Assembly: GCA_965230955.1 (NCBI GenBank) | Contig: OZ246404.1 | Location: 225,184-289,183, forward strand | Direction of reading: 5' to 3' | From: an uncultured Candidatus Saccharibacteria bacterium | GTDB lineage: Bacteria > Patescibacteriota > CALEFQ01 | Length of the DNA stretch: 64,000 nt | Part shown: one piece after another, positions 11,515 through 19,641 of the stretch | Layout of the letters: the number at the start of each line of letters is the position of its first letter | Position numbering within the stretch: the stretch's first letter is position 1 | Program-made: the position numbers and the translations under genes | Notes under the pieces: generated by a model | Told to the model about the DNA's origin: nothing | Database searches by the model: none | What the model saw: only the letters and a program-made list of their open reading frames with translations

Positions 11515-11706
11515 ATGCCTTTATCAGAAAACAAAGTGTTTACTTTCCTGCGCGAGGCGCGGGAGGAGCTCAAAAAAGTAGTTTGGCCGTCACGCAAACA
11601 ATTGCTCCAGCACACGCTGGTGGTAATTGCGGTCAGTTTAATTGTCGCGGCAATTTTAGGCACGGTCGACATTTTATTGTCACTGGGGCTTAAAACTATT
11701 ATTTAA
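11515..11706 (+). CDS. secE: preprotein translocase subunit SecE
   Basis: 63 aa with a single C-terminal TM segment (VVWPSRKQLLQHTLVVIAVSLIVAAILG). Located upstream of nusG. Confidence 0.8.
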   Translation: MPLSENKVFTFLREAREELKKVVWPSRKQLLQHTLVVIAVSLIVAAILGTVDILLSLGLKTII

Positions 11707-11718
11707 GGAAATTGATTT

Positions 11719-12264
11719 ATGCCTAAGCAACTAGGAAAGCGGGAGCGGCGTTGGTACGTACTCCATACCTACAGCGGTTACGAAGAAAATGTCGCCCGCA
11801 ATCTGCGCCAGCGTATCGAATCATTGGACATGGAAGACAAAATCTTCCAAGTGCTGGTGCCCAAAGAGAAAAAAATTAAGATCCGGAACGGGAAGAGAAA
11901 GGTAATCGAGGAAAAGATTTTCCCGGGCTATGTGCTGGTGGAAATGATTGTGACCGACGATTCCTGGTACGTGGTGCGCAATACGCCTCAGGTCACCGGT
12001 TTCATCGGATCGGGCACGACGCCGACGCCGATTTCCGACGAAGAAATCGATTCGCTCAAAAAGCGCATGGGCGTCAAAGAGCCGAAGTACAAAGTCGATA
12101 TCGAAGTCGGCGATTCGATCAAAATCACCGATGGTCCCTTCAAGGATTTTGACGGCAAGGTCAACGCGCTGGATGAAGAGAAGGGCAAAGTCAAAGTGCT
12201 GGTCAATATGTTTGGCCGCGAGACTCCGGTTGAACTCGACTTTTTACAAGTTAAAAAAGTTTAA
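11719..12264 (+). CDS. nusG: transcription termination/antitermination factor NusG
   Basis: NGN domain (WYVLHTYSGYEENV) and KOW domain (GDSIKITDGPFKDFDGKV). Confidence 0.9.
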   Translation: MPKQLGKRERRWYVLHTYSGYEENVARNLRQRIESLDMEDKIFQVLVPKEKKIKIRNGKRKVIEEKIFPGYVLVEMIVTDDSWYVVRNTPQVTGFIGSGTTPTPISDEEIDSLKKRMGVKEPKYKVDIEVGDSIKITDGPFKDFDGKVNALDEEKGKVKVLVNMFGRETPVELDFLQVKKV

Positions 12265-12337
12265 TTTTGAATTTCGTACCTGCCTGGCTTCCGTCCGAAG
12301 GCTTTCAGCCCGAGGCTCGGCGGGCAAGTTATGAATT

Positions 12338-12775
12338 TTGCATTTAAATCTTATGGCAAAGAAACCTAAGACAATCGTCAAACTTCAAATCGCTGCGGGA
12401 GCGGCGACTCCGGCCCCTCCGGTCGGTCCGGCTCTCGGCCAGCACGGCGTCAATATCAAGGAATTCGTTGATCGCTTCAATGAGAAAACGAAGAATCAGC
12501 GCGGCGATATTTTGCCGGTAGAAATTTCTATTTTTGACGACCGTTCGTTTACTTTCATCCTAAAAACTCCGCCGGCCGCGGAATTGCTCAAAAAAGCGGC
12601 CAAGGTCAAGAAAGGTTCTGGTGTGCCGCACAAAGATAAAGTCGGCACGGTCACTGACGCGCAGGTGGCAGAGATCGCCAAGAAAAAAATGCCCGACCTG
12701 AATGCCAATGATTTGCCGCAAGCCAAAAAGATCATTGCCGGGACGGCCCGCAGTATGGGACTGGAAGTAAAGTAA
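12338..12775 (+). CDS. rplK: 50S ribosomal protein L11
   Basis: [35 protein letters not shown]. Confidence 0.95.
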   Translation: MHLNLMAKKPKTIVKLQIAAGAATPAPPVGPALGQHGVNIKEFVDRFNEKTKNQRGDILPVEISIFDDRSFTFILKTPPAAELLKKAAKVKKGSGVPHKDKVGTVTDAQVAEIAKKKMPDLNANDLPQAKKIIAGTARSMGLEVK

Positions 12776-12818
12776 AATAAATTTTCTCACACCAATCGTG
12801 TGAGAAAATTTATTTTAT
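12776..12818 (+). terminator. intrinsic terminator after rplK
   Basis: Stem aaattttctcacac/gtgtgagaaaattt with loop caatc, followed by ATTTTAT. Confidence 0.6.
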
Positions 12819-12888
12819 GGCCTTCGCGGCCGGGGCTCCTGAATGCTCCCCGAACCCCGGATGGTATTAACCTCTGGAGATCATTAGA

Positions 12889-13755
12889 ATGTCAGATTTA
12901 AAAACAATCTTTGGTTCCGGCCCTGTTTCAGTCGAGCAGCTGGGTGGCGGCCTGGATAAATTAAACTTTGCGGTTCATTCGCCGGAAGGTTTTTTTATTT
13001 GGCAATTATCCGCGAAACAAATCGATCGGTCTCGTTTCGACCGGCTGGAAAAATTGGCTGAATATCTGGACGGGCGCGGTATCGTCACTCGGCGTTTGGT
13101 GGCGGGGAGCCTGGTGCCTTTGCCGCAGTCATCTTTCCGCTGGTCGGCTGTTTATCGGGGTGTCCCGGGTCGCTCCCAGATGTGGTCGGCCTATTCGCCG
13201 ACTCAGATAAAAAATGCGGTCAAATATTTGGAGTTGATCCATTTGGCCGGACGTGATTTTCCCGAGCGCGCTGAATTGTGCCGGGCCGATCAGCTCTGGC
13301 GCTCTCTGAATCTGGAAACTCTTGGCGTCGAGCGGTCCGGTTATAGGGTGAATACCGAGAAGCTTCGCCGGATTATCGAGCGGTTAAACACCGGGTCGGA
13401 GAAAAACGAATTTGAGACTGTTTTGCACGGTGATTACGGTCGCGCTAATATCATTTTTTCCGATCAGCGGATCGCTGGCGTAGTGGATTTTGATCGGGCG
13501 GTAGTGGGACATCCGGTAGTTGACCTGGGGCGGTTTACGAGCTATCTTTTACTTGATACCGCTATTGCGCGTGCGACCATATTAACGGCCGTTCGTCAAA
13601 ACTATGCCGCTTGTCCCATCGCACCGGCGGATCTGGAAGCCGCGCTGCAATTGGCTTGGTTTCTGGATTGGTTGGCTTGGCGGGACACGCCGTCGGAAAT
13701 GACGCGGAAACTGATTAATCAACTTATTTCTGAACAGTTAATTTTAAAAATATGA
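12889..13755 (+). CDS. aminoglycoside-phosphotransferase-fold (protein-kinase-like) small-molecule kinase; candidate anomeric sugar kinase
   Basis: Brenner/catalytic-loop motif HGDYGRANIIF. Mg-binding VVDFD. Length 288 aa. Confidence 0.6.
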   Translation: MSDLKTIFGSGPVSVEQLGGGLDKLNFAVHSPEGFFIWQLSAKQIDRSRFDRLEKLAEYLDGRGIVTRRLVAGSLVPLPQSSFRWSAVYRGVPGRSQMWSAYSPTQIKNAVKYLELIHLAGRDFPERAELCRADQLWRSLNLETLGVERSGYRVNTEKLRRIIERLNTGSEKNEFETVLHGDYGRANIIFSDQRIAGVVDFDRAVVGHPVVDLGRFTSYLLLDTAIARATILTAVRQNYAACPIAPADLEAALQLAWFLDWLAWRDTPSEMTRKLINQLISEQLILKI

Positions 13756-14318
13756 CCCCGAAACAAATCAATGCCCGTATTTTCACCAATGAAAAAGACT
13801 TGGTCGCTTTGCAGGCCAAACTTCGCCGGCAGAAGAAAAAAATAGTTTTCACCAGCGGCAGTTTTGATTTGATCCACGTCGGACACACTCGTTACTTGGA
13901 AGAAGCCAAAGAGCGGGGCGATATCCTGGTGGTGGGGGTGAGCAGCAACAAAGCGATTCAGAAAGTCAAAGGGCCGAATAAGCCGGTTTTGGATGAAAAG
14001 GTCCGCTCGGAAATGTTGGTCTATTTGCGGGCGGTGGATTACGTGGTGATCTTGCGCCAACCGAGCTGCCTCAAAGCTTTGATGTATCTGAAGCCGGATA
14101 TTTTCATCACCGTCGGGGAGGACTGGAATCAAGGCTGTCAGGAAAGTCCGGAAGCGGAAGCTGTCCGAGACGGCGGCGGACGAGTGGTGGTCTTGCGCCG
14201 ACAATCGCCGAAAATTTCCACGACTTCGATTATTGATAATATTGTGGCGCGACAAATCATGAAGAATTTCAAGCAGGCGCTCGATCAGCATAATGGGGCA
14301 TTAAAAGAAAATGCGTGA
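13752..14318 (+). CDS. cytidylyltransferase-family nucleotidyltransferase (RfaE domain II / HldE C-terminal-like)
   Basis: FTSGSFDLIHVGHTRYLEEAKERGDILVVGVSSN...AVDYVVIL matches the (T/H)xGH nucleotidyltransferase signature and the overall RfaE-II layout. The start overlaps the upstream stop by 4 nt. Confidence 0.65.
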   Translation: MTPKQINARIFTNEKDLVALQAKLRRQKKKIVFTSGSFDLIHVGHTRYLEEAKERGDILVVGVSSNKAIQKVKGPNKPVLDEKVRSEMLVYLRAVDYVVILRQPSCLKALMYLKPDIFITVGEDWNQGCQESPEAEAVRDGGGRVVVLRRQSPKISTTSIIDNIVARQIMKNFKQALDQHNGALKENA

Positions 14319-14772
14319 CGCTTATTATCATGGCGTGATGGCCAAGCTGGACAAGTGTCCTTTTTGTGATTTAAAAGATAAGTACATTATCACCGAGCGT
14401 TCGGGTATGGTGCTGACGGTCAATCTGTTTCCTTATGTGGATTATCACCTGATGATAGTTTCCCGGCGCCATATTGAAACTCTCGGTGAACTGAAGAAAA
14501 ATGAATGGGCGGCGGTGTACTATCTGTCTAAACTGGGATTTGATTTGATTGCTCGGGTCTGGGGCGAGAAGAAAGTCAATATTTTGTATCGCGAAGGTAA
14601 AAATTCCGGAAAAAGCCTGGGCCACTGGCATTGGCATTTGATTCCTTTTGTGCAGGAATCTTTTTCTTTCAAAAAGTTTAGCGTTAAAATCGCTCCGCTG
14701 CGCTCGGCTCAGCGGCTGCGGCGTTTACTTAAAACACGTGGAAATTCAAGACGTAAAAAGAGAGCTGACTAA
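14311..14772 (+). CDS. HIT-family (histidine triad) nucleotide hydrolase/transferase
   Basis: Histidine triad HWHWHLIP. N-terminal Cys pair CPFCD. The basic C-terminal tail may be non-conserved. Confidence 0.7.
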   Translation: MRDAYYHGVMAKLDKCPFCDLKDKYIITERSGMVLTVNLFPYVDYHLMIVSRRHIETLGELKKNEWAAVYYLSKLGFDLIARVWGEKKVNILYREGKNSGKSLGHWHWHLIPFVQESFSFKKFSVKIAPLRSAQRLRRLLKTRGNSRRKKRAD

Positions 14773-15217
14773 GCATCAATTATCCGGGCACGGTAATAAA
14801 ACCGTTTTGGTCGGGATTGGCGTGCTTTACCGTGAAGGAAAATTTCTTTTGACCCGGGCGAAAAACCGCGAATACTGGTGTTTCCCAGGCGGTATATATG
14901 ATGTGGCCGGAGAAACTTTGGAAATGCTGATTGCCCGCGAGTACCGAGAAGAATTGTCGGTCGATATTGAAGTCCTCAGTCCGGTCGATAATCGCCTCGA
15001 TATCAGCAGTACCGGTAATTATTTTCGATTGTTGTCATACTATTTGGTCTGTCAAAAAGACAGTCGTACGCCCCGTTGCGTCGATAACGGCGATCCGGCC
15101 GACCTGGCTGAATTGCGCTGGGTTTCGCTTTCCGAAATCGACTCTTTGCCGACGGCGCTGGATACCAGGCGGATTGCCAAGAAGACGCAGTGGCTGGCGG
15201 AGCATGGGTTGTGTTAG
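14648..15217 (+). CDS. NUDIX hydrolase (true start uncertain; possibly TTG near 14807)
   Basis: Nudix box GGIYDVAGETLEMLIAREYREELSV fits G-x5-E-x7-RE-x2-EE. The ATG ORF start overlaps the HIT gene by 125 nt in another frame. Confidence 0.65.
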   Translation: MCRNLFLSKSLALKSLRCARLSGCGVYLKHVEIQDVKRELTKHQLSGHGNKTVLVGIGVLYREGKFLLTRAKNREYWCFPGGIYDVAGETLEMLIAREYREELSVDIEVLSPVDNRLDISSTGNYFRLLSYYLVCQKDSRTPRCVDNGDPADLAELRWVSLSEIDSLPTALDTRRIAKKTQWLAEHGLC

Positions 15218-15225
15218 TGTCGTTG

Positions 15226-15298
15226 GTCTTTTGTCTTTGGTCTTTGGCCAAATTTCAAAACCTAAAGACTAAAGACTAAAGACTAAAGACACCTCCTC
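15226..15298 (+). repeat. repeat hairpin (GGTCTTT units, then CTAAAGA x4) immediately upstream of the deaminase start
   Basis: ggtcttttgtctttggtctttgg ... cctaaagactaaagactaaagactaaagac. Arm mismatches are G-U compatible only in plus-strand RNA. Confidence 0.5.
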
Positions 15299-15300
15299 TT

Positions 15301-16236
15301 ATGCCGACAGCATTAGAATTCCCCCAAGACAAAAAAGAAATAGCCGCCTTGGCCGCTAAGCGCCCGGTGATTTTTTTTGCGGCTACGATGAGAATCAGTC
15401 CGGCTCGGTTTAAAGAATTGCTGAAAATAATCCCGCGAGGTTTTACGCCAGTTTTTGGCTTTCATCTCGAAAAAAAGATCGATCGTTTGGACGGCCCGGT
15501 GTTTTTACCGCAACGATCGTGGGCCGGGTTCAAATTACCGAAAATATCGCTGGTCGTTCAATATCGAGAAAAGGATGTCAGTGACCTAGTGGTTGCTTTA
15601 CGGCCCCGGCGTTTGGTGTTTGTTCATGGATCGTGGTGTACGGCGTTGTATTTTCGCGAGGTTTGGCATGCGGCTTTTCAAGCCAATGCTCAGCTGGCGG
15701 TGCAGGATATCAAATTGATTTCACCGTATACCAGAGCGGAAGCGGAAAAGAAAAGAGGAAAATTCGGGAATACCAGTTCGATCAAAACCAGAAAAGCTAC
15801 GATATTTGATCGACGACTTATCAGAAGTGTAGTCCAAGCGGCTTCGCAATCTCTCTGTTGGGTGCGTCAGCGCGGGGCGGTGGTGATACGCGGCCGAAAA
15901 ATTTTGGTCAGCTCGTTTAATCGTGTCTGGCCCTATGATAGTTATTGTTTGGAAAAAGGCTGTGTGCGGGAGGCAAATTTAATTCCCAGCGGACAACAAT
16001 TGGAGAAATGTTTTACCGCCCACGCCGAGACCGGTGTTATCTCTCGGGCCGCACGGCAGGGGATAAAGCTCGATGGCAGTGTCATGTATACTACAACTTT
16101 CCCTTGTATAAATTGCGCCAAGGTAATTGTCGGTAGCGGAATTAAGGAAATTGTTTTTTGGGAAGATTATGCCAATCGTGACGGCGAATTAATTCTGCGC
16201 GGCGGGGGAATCAAACTGACGAAATTGAAAATTTAA
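15301..16236 (+). CDS. dCMP/cytidine-deaminase-fold enzyme (ComEB-like) with an N-terminal domain of about 160 aa of unknown function
   Basis: C-terminal half carries zinc-binding motifs HAETGVISRAARQG...TFPCINCAKVIVGSGIKEIV and CWVRQRGAVVIRGRKILVSSFN...CLEKGC. The N-terminal 160 aa has no match known to me. Confidence 0.7.
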   Translation: MPTALEFPQDKKEIAALAAKRPVIFFAATMRISPARFKELLKIIPRGFTPVFGFHLEKKIDRLDGPVFLPQRSWAGFKLPKISLVVQYREKDVSDLVVALRPRRLVFVHGSWCTALYFREVWHAAFQANAQLAVQDIKLISPYTRAEAEKKRGKFGNTSSIKTRKATIFDRRLIRSVVQAASQSLCWVRQRGAVVIRGRKILVSSFNRVWPYDSYCLEKGCVREANLIPSGQQLEKCFTAHAETGVISRAARQGIKLDGSVMYTTTFPCINCAKVIVGSGIKEIVFWEDYANRDGELILRGGGIKLTKLKI

Positions 16237-16256
16237 TTTTGTAGGGGCGGACCTGT

Positions 16257-17747
16257 GTGTCCGCCCGCGATCATCGCCGGGCGACCACATGGGGTCGCCC
16301 CTACCAAGGCAACAATAATTTCATGCCAAAATCCAATTGGCCCAAGTATTATCACGACAAACTCTATCTCGGTGATCCGAAGTCATCGACGGCTTTGGTG
16401 ACGCTGTGGACGGTCAAAGAAGAAATTTGCCGGAAACTGCCGGCAAAAAGTTTTTGCGTGGCCGGCCAGCTCTATAGCAAGCGGGGGATCAGTTTCCTTT
16501 TGCGCAATATCTTGGCCAACCCGTCGATTCGCACGGTAATCGTTTGCGGGCGGGATGACACGAAATCGGGGCAGGCTCTGCTGGCCTTCGCCAGAAACGG
16601 CGTTGATAACGAATACCGCGTCCGTGGTACAGAAAACTTGGTGATCGACCGGGAAATTCCGCGCGATCGTTTGGAACTAGTTCGACGCCGAGTAAAATTC
16701 ATTAATTTGATAGGCATTGATGATCCGGCCAAGATTTTGCCTGCTGTCCGGCGAATCAAGCCTCAACCGCCATTCGCTCGACCGGAGATTTTCCCTCTGC
16801 CTCAGATTTCGCGCTCCCGTTGCTTGCCGGCCGAAGCCGGAATCCAAACAGTGCGCGGCCGATCGATTAGTACCGTTTGGCCGGCGATTCTGCGTCGGTT
16901 GATGCGCTTTGGGGTGGAGAGCCGACATTTTCACGGCAGCCAGGTTAAAGAGATTTTCAATTTAACCGCGGTGGTTACAGCCGAAAACTCGGCCAAGCCG
17001 AAGCTGATACCGGAATTCGGGTTTACCGCAACGGAATTAAAATCATATATCAAAAATTTTCTGAGCCCGGTCAAGGGCAAGGAAGAGTATACCTACGGCA
17101 GTCGGATGCGCGCTTTTCGAGGGATAAATCAAGTGGATGAGATGGCGCGTAAAATAAAAGGTTACGCCAATGATCGCGGAGCGCTATCGGTGCTTTGGGA
17201 TCCTACCACCGATAACGCGCCGCGCAAAGTTCCATGCTTGAGTTTGGTTCAGGCGAACGGGGAAGGCGATAAAATTAACCTGACGGCATATTTTCGCTCC
17301 AACGATATGTTTAACGGCTGGCCGCGCAATGCTTTCGCGCTTCGAGCTCTGCAGGCGGAACTTGCCAAGAAAACCGGGAAAAAGCTGGGCTGGTTGACGA
17401 CCATTTCAAATTGCGCCCATATTTATGAAAATGAATGGCCGCTGGCCGAGTCCGTGGTCAAAAAGTATTCCACGGCTTCCGCGTTCGAGCCGGATTCCCG
17501 CGGCGACGTTTTGATCGAGGTGCGCGGTAAAAAAATTGCCGTAACTCATTTATCGCCGAGCGGAGAGGTCCTGCATGACTGGTCTTTTGACGGACAAACA
17601 AAAAACGCCGCGCTCAAAATTATCAAGGATTTGCAACGCCAAGAGGTTTTTAGCGATGTTTATCACGCGGCCTATTTAGGAACCGAACTCCAGAAGGCAG
17701 TGCAGGCGATAAAACACAAAAAGAAATATGAGCAGGATAAAGAATAA
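16257..17747 (+). CDS. thymidylate-synthase (ThyA) fold enzyme with an N-terminal extension of about 195 aa: either dTMP synthase or a dUMP-modifying (hydroxymethylase-like) paralogue
   Basis: C-terminal 300 aa aligns by eye to ThyA: SVLWDP vs SAWN; catalytic PCLSLVQ vs PCHAFFQ; YFRSNDMFNGWPRNAFALRAL vs [21 protein letters not shown]; CAHIY vs DTHLY. Confidence 0.6.
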   Translation: MSARDHRRATTWGRPYQGNNNFMPKSNWPKYYHDKLYLGDPKSSTALVTLWTVKEEICRKLPAKSFCVAGQLYSKRGISFLLRNILANPSIRTVIVCGRDDTKSGQALLAFARNGVDNEYRVRGTENLVIDREIPRDRLELVRRRVKFINLIGIDDPAKILPAVRRIKPQPPFARPEIFPLPQISRSRCLPAEAGIQTVRGRSISTVWPAILRRLMRFGVESRHFHGSQVKEIFNLTAVVTAENSAKPKLIPEFGFTATELKSYIKNFLSPVKGKEEYTYGSRMRAFRGINQVDEMARKIKGYANDRGALSVLWDPTTDNAPRKVPCLSLVQANGEGDKINLTAYFRSNDMFNGWPRNAFALRALQAELAKKTGKKLGWLTTISNCAHIYENEWPLAESVVKKYSTASAFEPDSRGDVLIEVRGKKIAVTHLSPSGEVLHDWSFDGQTKNAALKIIKDLQRQEVFSDVYHAAYLGTELQKAVQAIKHKKKYEQDKE

Positions 17748-17815
17748 GATATTAAGATTTAAGATATTAAGAGTATTAAGATTTGAGATGTAAGATTTAA
17801 GATGTTGAGATATAA
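17745..17815. repeat. tandem array of TATTAAGA/ATTTAAGA octamers after the ThyA-like gene
   Basis: agatattaagatttaagatattaagagtattaagatttgagatgtaagatttaagatgttgagatataaga. Confidence 0.5.
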
Positions 17816-17949
17816 GAGGGGAAAGAAGTCGTGACTATTATTTGCCTCACTTGATTGATTGAACAGAGCGGGGTTTTTGTTTCTGATTTTCGGTTGCGGC
17901 CTTTTTAAAAAAAAGCTGCCAAACGAGTTTGGCAGCGTGAGCGATGTGT

Positions 17950-18345
17950 TTATTGTTCAGGTGGTGGCGGCGCGGGATCGGGGGTCGGTTCGAGGATCTG
18001 AAGGATCTTTTTGGCGATATTGCGGGTTTCTCGAGCCAGTTGGAAAATTCTGTATACTCGATAGGCAAACCAGGATACGGGAATCGCCATTCCTAGGAGC
18101 CAAAATTTGCCTTCCGGGATGAACAATATGCTAAACGCCAGACTTAAGCAGTAGAGGACGGCGATAGCCATTGCAGTTTGTACAGCGGTGCTTCTTCTCA
18201 TTGATTCCGTTTCTTTGAATTTCATCAGGTGCTCCCTAATCCTTCTGTGTTGTTTCATTCTTATCTCAATAAGATCGCTCATGAATTCCTCCTTTCGAAT
18301 TGTCTCTATGAGCTGTACGCTATAGAATTCTACCGAGTCTGTCAA
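17950..18345 (-). CDS. small membrane protein, unknown (real start may be the internal MSDLIEIR)
   Basis: Two TM segments and a Pro-rich C-terminus. No recognisable domain. Confidence 0.3.
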   Translation of the reverse strand: MTDSVEFYSVQLIETIRKEEFMSDLIEIRMKQHRRIREHLMKFKETESMRRSTAVQTAMAIAVLYCLSLAFSILFIPEGKFWLLGMAIPVSWFAYRVYRIFQLARETRNIAKKILQILEPTPDPAPPPPEQ

Positions 18346-18374
18346 GGCTGAGTCGAATGACCGTAACTGCCTGG

Positions 18375-19499
18375 CTAAACTCCGTCCGAGGTGCTGTTTA
18401 CATCGGCTAGACGCCGATAAACTTTTTCATAATTTCCCGACATTCGCTGGGTGGAAAAATATTTTTCCACGTGCCGACGGCAATATGATCGATCGATGCG
18501 GTCGATTTTTTTTATGGCTCGAACCATCTCCGGTACATTTTTCACGATGTAGCCTGTTTTCCCGCTGATCATAATCTCGGGAATCGCTCCGCGGCCGAAG
18601 GCGATGACCGGTGTGCCGCAAGCCAAGGCTTCAATCACGGCCAGACCGAAAGGCTCTTCCCAGGAACAAGGGAAAAGGAAGGCCTTGGCGTGCCCTAGGA
18701 AGCTAGATCGTTTCCGAGGATCGCCGATATAGCCGACATAACTGGCGGATTTCCCGAGATAGGGTAGTATTTTTTTGCAAAAATAACTCTGGGGCAGATT
18801 GCGATCATAGGAGTTGCCCGCTAGTGAGATTTTGTGTCCGGCTTTTTTCGCCGCTGCCAGCGCGAGATGCACGCCTTTCTTGGGGAGTAGACGCCCGAAA
18901 TGGATGAGGTTTTCTCCTCCTGATTTATTGAAGTGAAACTTGTGCAGATTGATGCCATTATAAACATTGGCGACAAAATGTAGGCGATGATTAGCTCGCC
19001 GCTGGTTTTTACTGATCGATACGAAATTATTTCGGCGGTTGAAATCAAGTAGTTGCTTCAGGGGGAGAGTGAGGTCGAGCGGGTCGTGAATGGTGAAGAC
19101 CGAAGGTGTTTTGATCAGCCGGCTGGAGTACATGGCTGAGCCGTTAGTCATGAAGTGATGCAGGACATCGAATTGTCCCCGTTGAGCTTGCGACATGGCT
19201 CGGGCGGTTAATTCGCTATCGGCCAGTTGTTCGTAGGTTTGCCAGGTTGATTTGAATTTTTGGCTAAACTCCAAGGCTGATACCTTTGAAGCCCTTAATT
19301 GATCATAAAAAACATGTAAATCCGGGTTGATCAGCCTGGCCTTGGTGGCCTGTCGGCTACAGGTAAAAACGGTCACTTGGTGGCCGCGCCGGATCAACTC
19401 GGAAGTCAGATCAAAAGCCAGCTCATGCGGAGCATGAATCAATTCCCGGGTGATTTCGGGGATGGTGTAGAGACTGGTCAGAAGAATTGCAATTTTCAT
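18375..19499 (-). CDS. GT4-family (GT-B fold) glycosyltransferase
   Basis: EX7E region EPFGLAVIEALACGTPVIA. N-terminal MKIAILLTS Rossmann start. Length 374 aa. Confidence 0.8.
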   Translation of the reverse strand: MKIAILLTSLYTIPEITRELIHAPHELAFDLTSELIRRGHQVTVFTCSRQATKARLINPDLHVFYDQLRASKVSALEFSQKFKSTWQTYEQLADSELTARAMSQAQRGQFDVLHHFMTNGSAMYSSRLIKTPSVFTIHDPLDLTLPLKQLLDFNRRNNFVSISKNQRRANHRLHFVANVYNGINLHKFHFNKSGGENLIHFGRLLPKKGVHLALAAAKKAGHKISLAGNSYDRNLPQSYFCKKILPYLGKSASYVGYIGDPRKRSSFLGHAKAFLFPCSWEEPFGLAVIEALACGTPVIAFGRGAIPEIMISGKTGYIVKNVPEMVRAIKKIDRIDRSYCRRHVEKYFSTQRMSGNYEKVYRRLADVNSTSDGV

Positions 19500-19641
19500 A
19501 GGATTAGCTTATACTAGCAATCGACCGTGACGGACGCAAGTCCGGCATGGCCTGTCATCCCTCTGGGGGTGATCAGCCAATTTTAACCTTAACCGTGGAA
19601 CCTTGTTTTTAAACGGGGATTATGACCACGAAGGAAATTCT

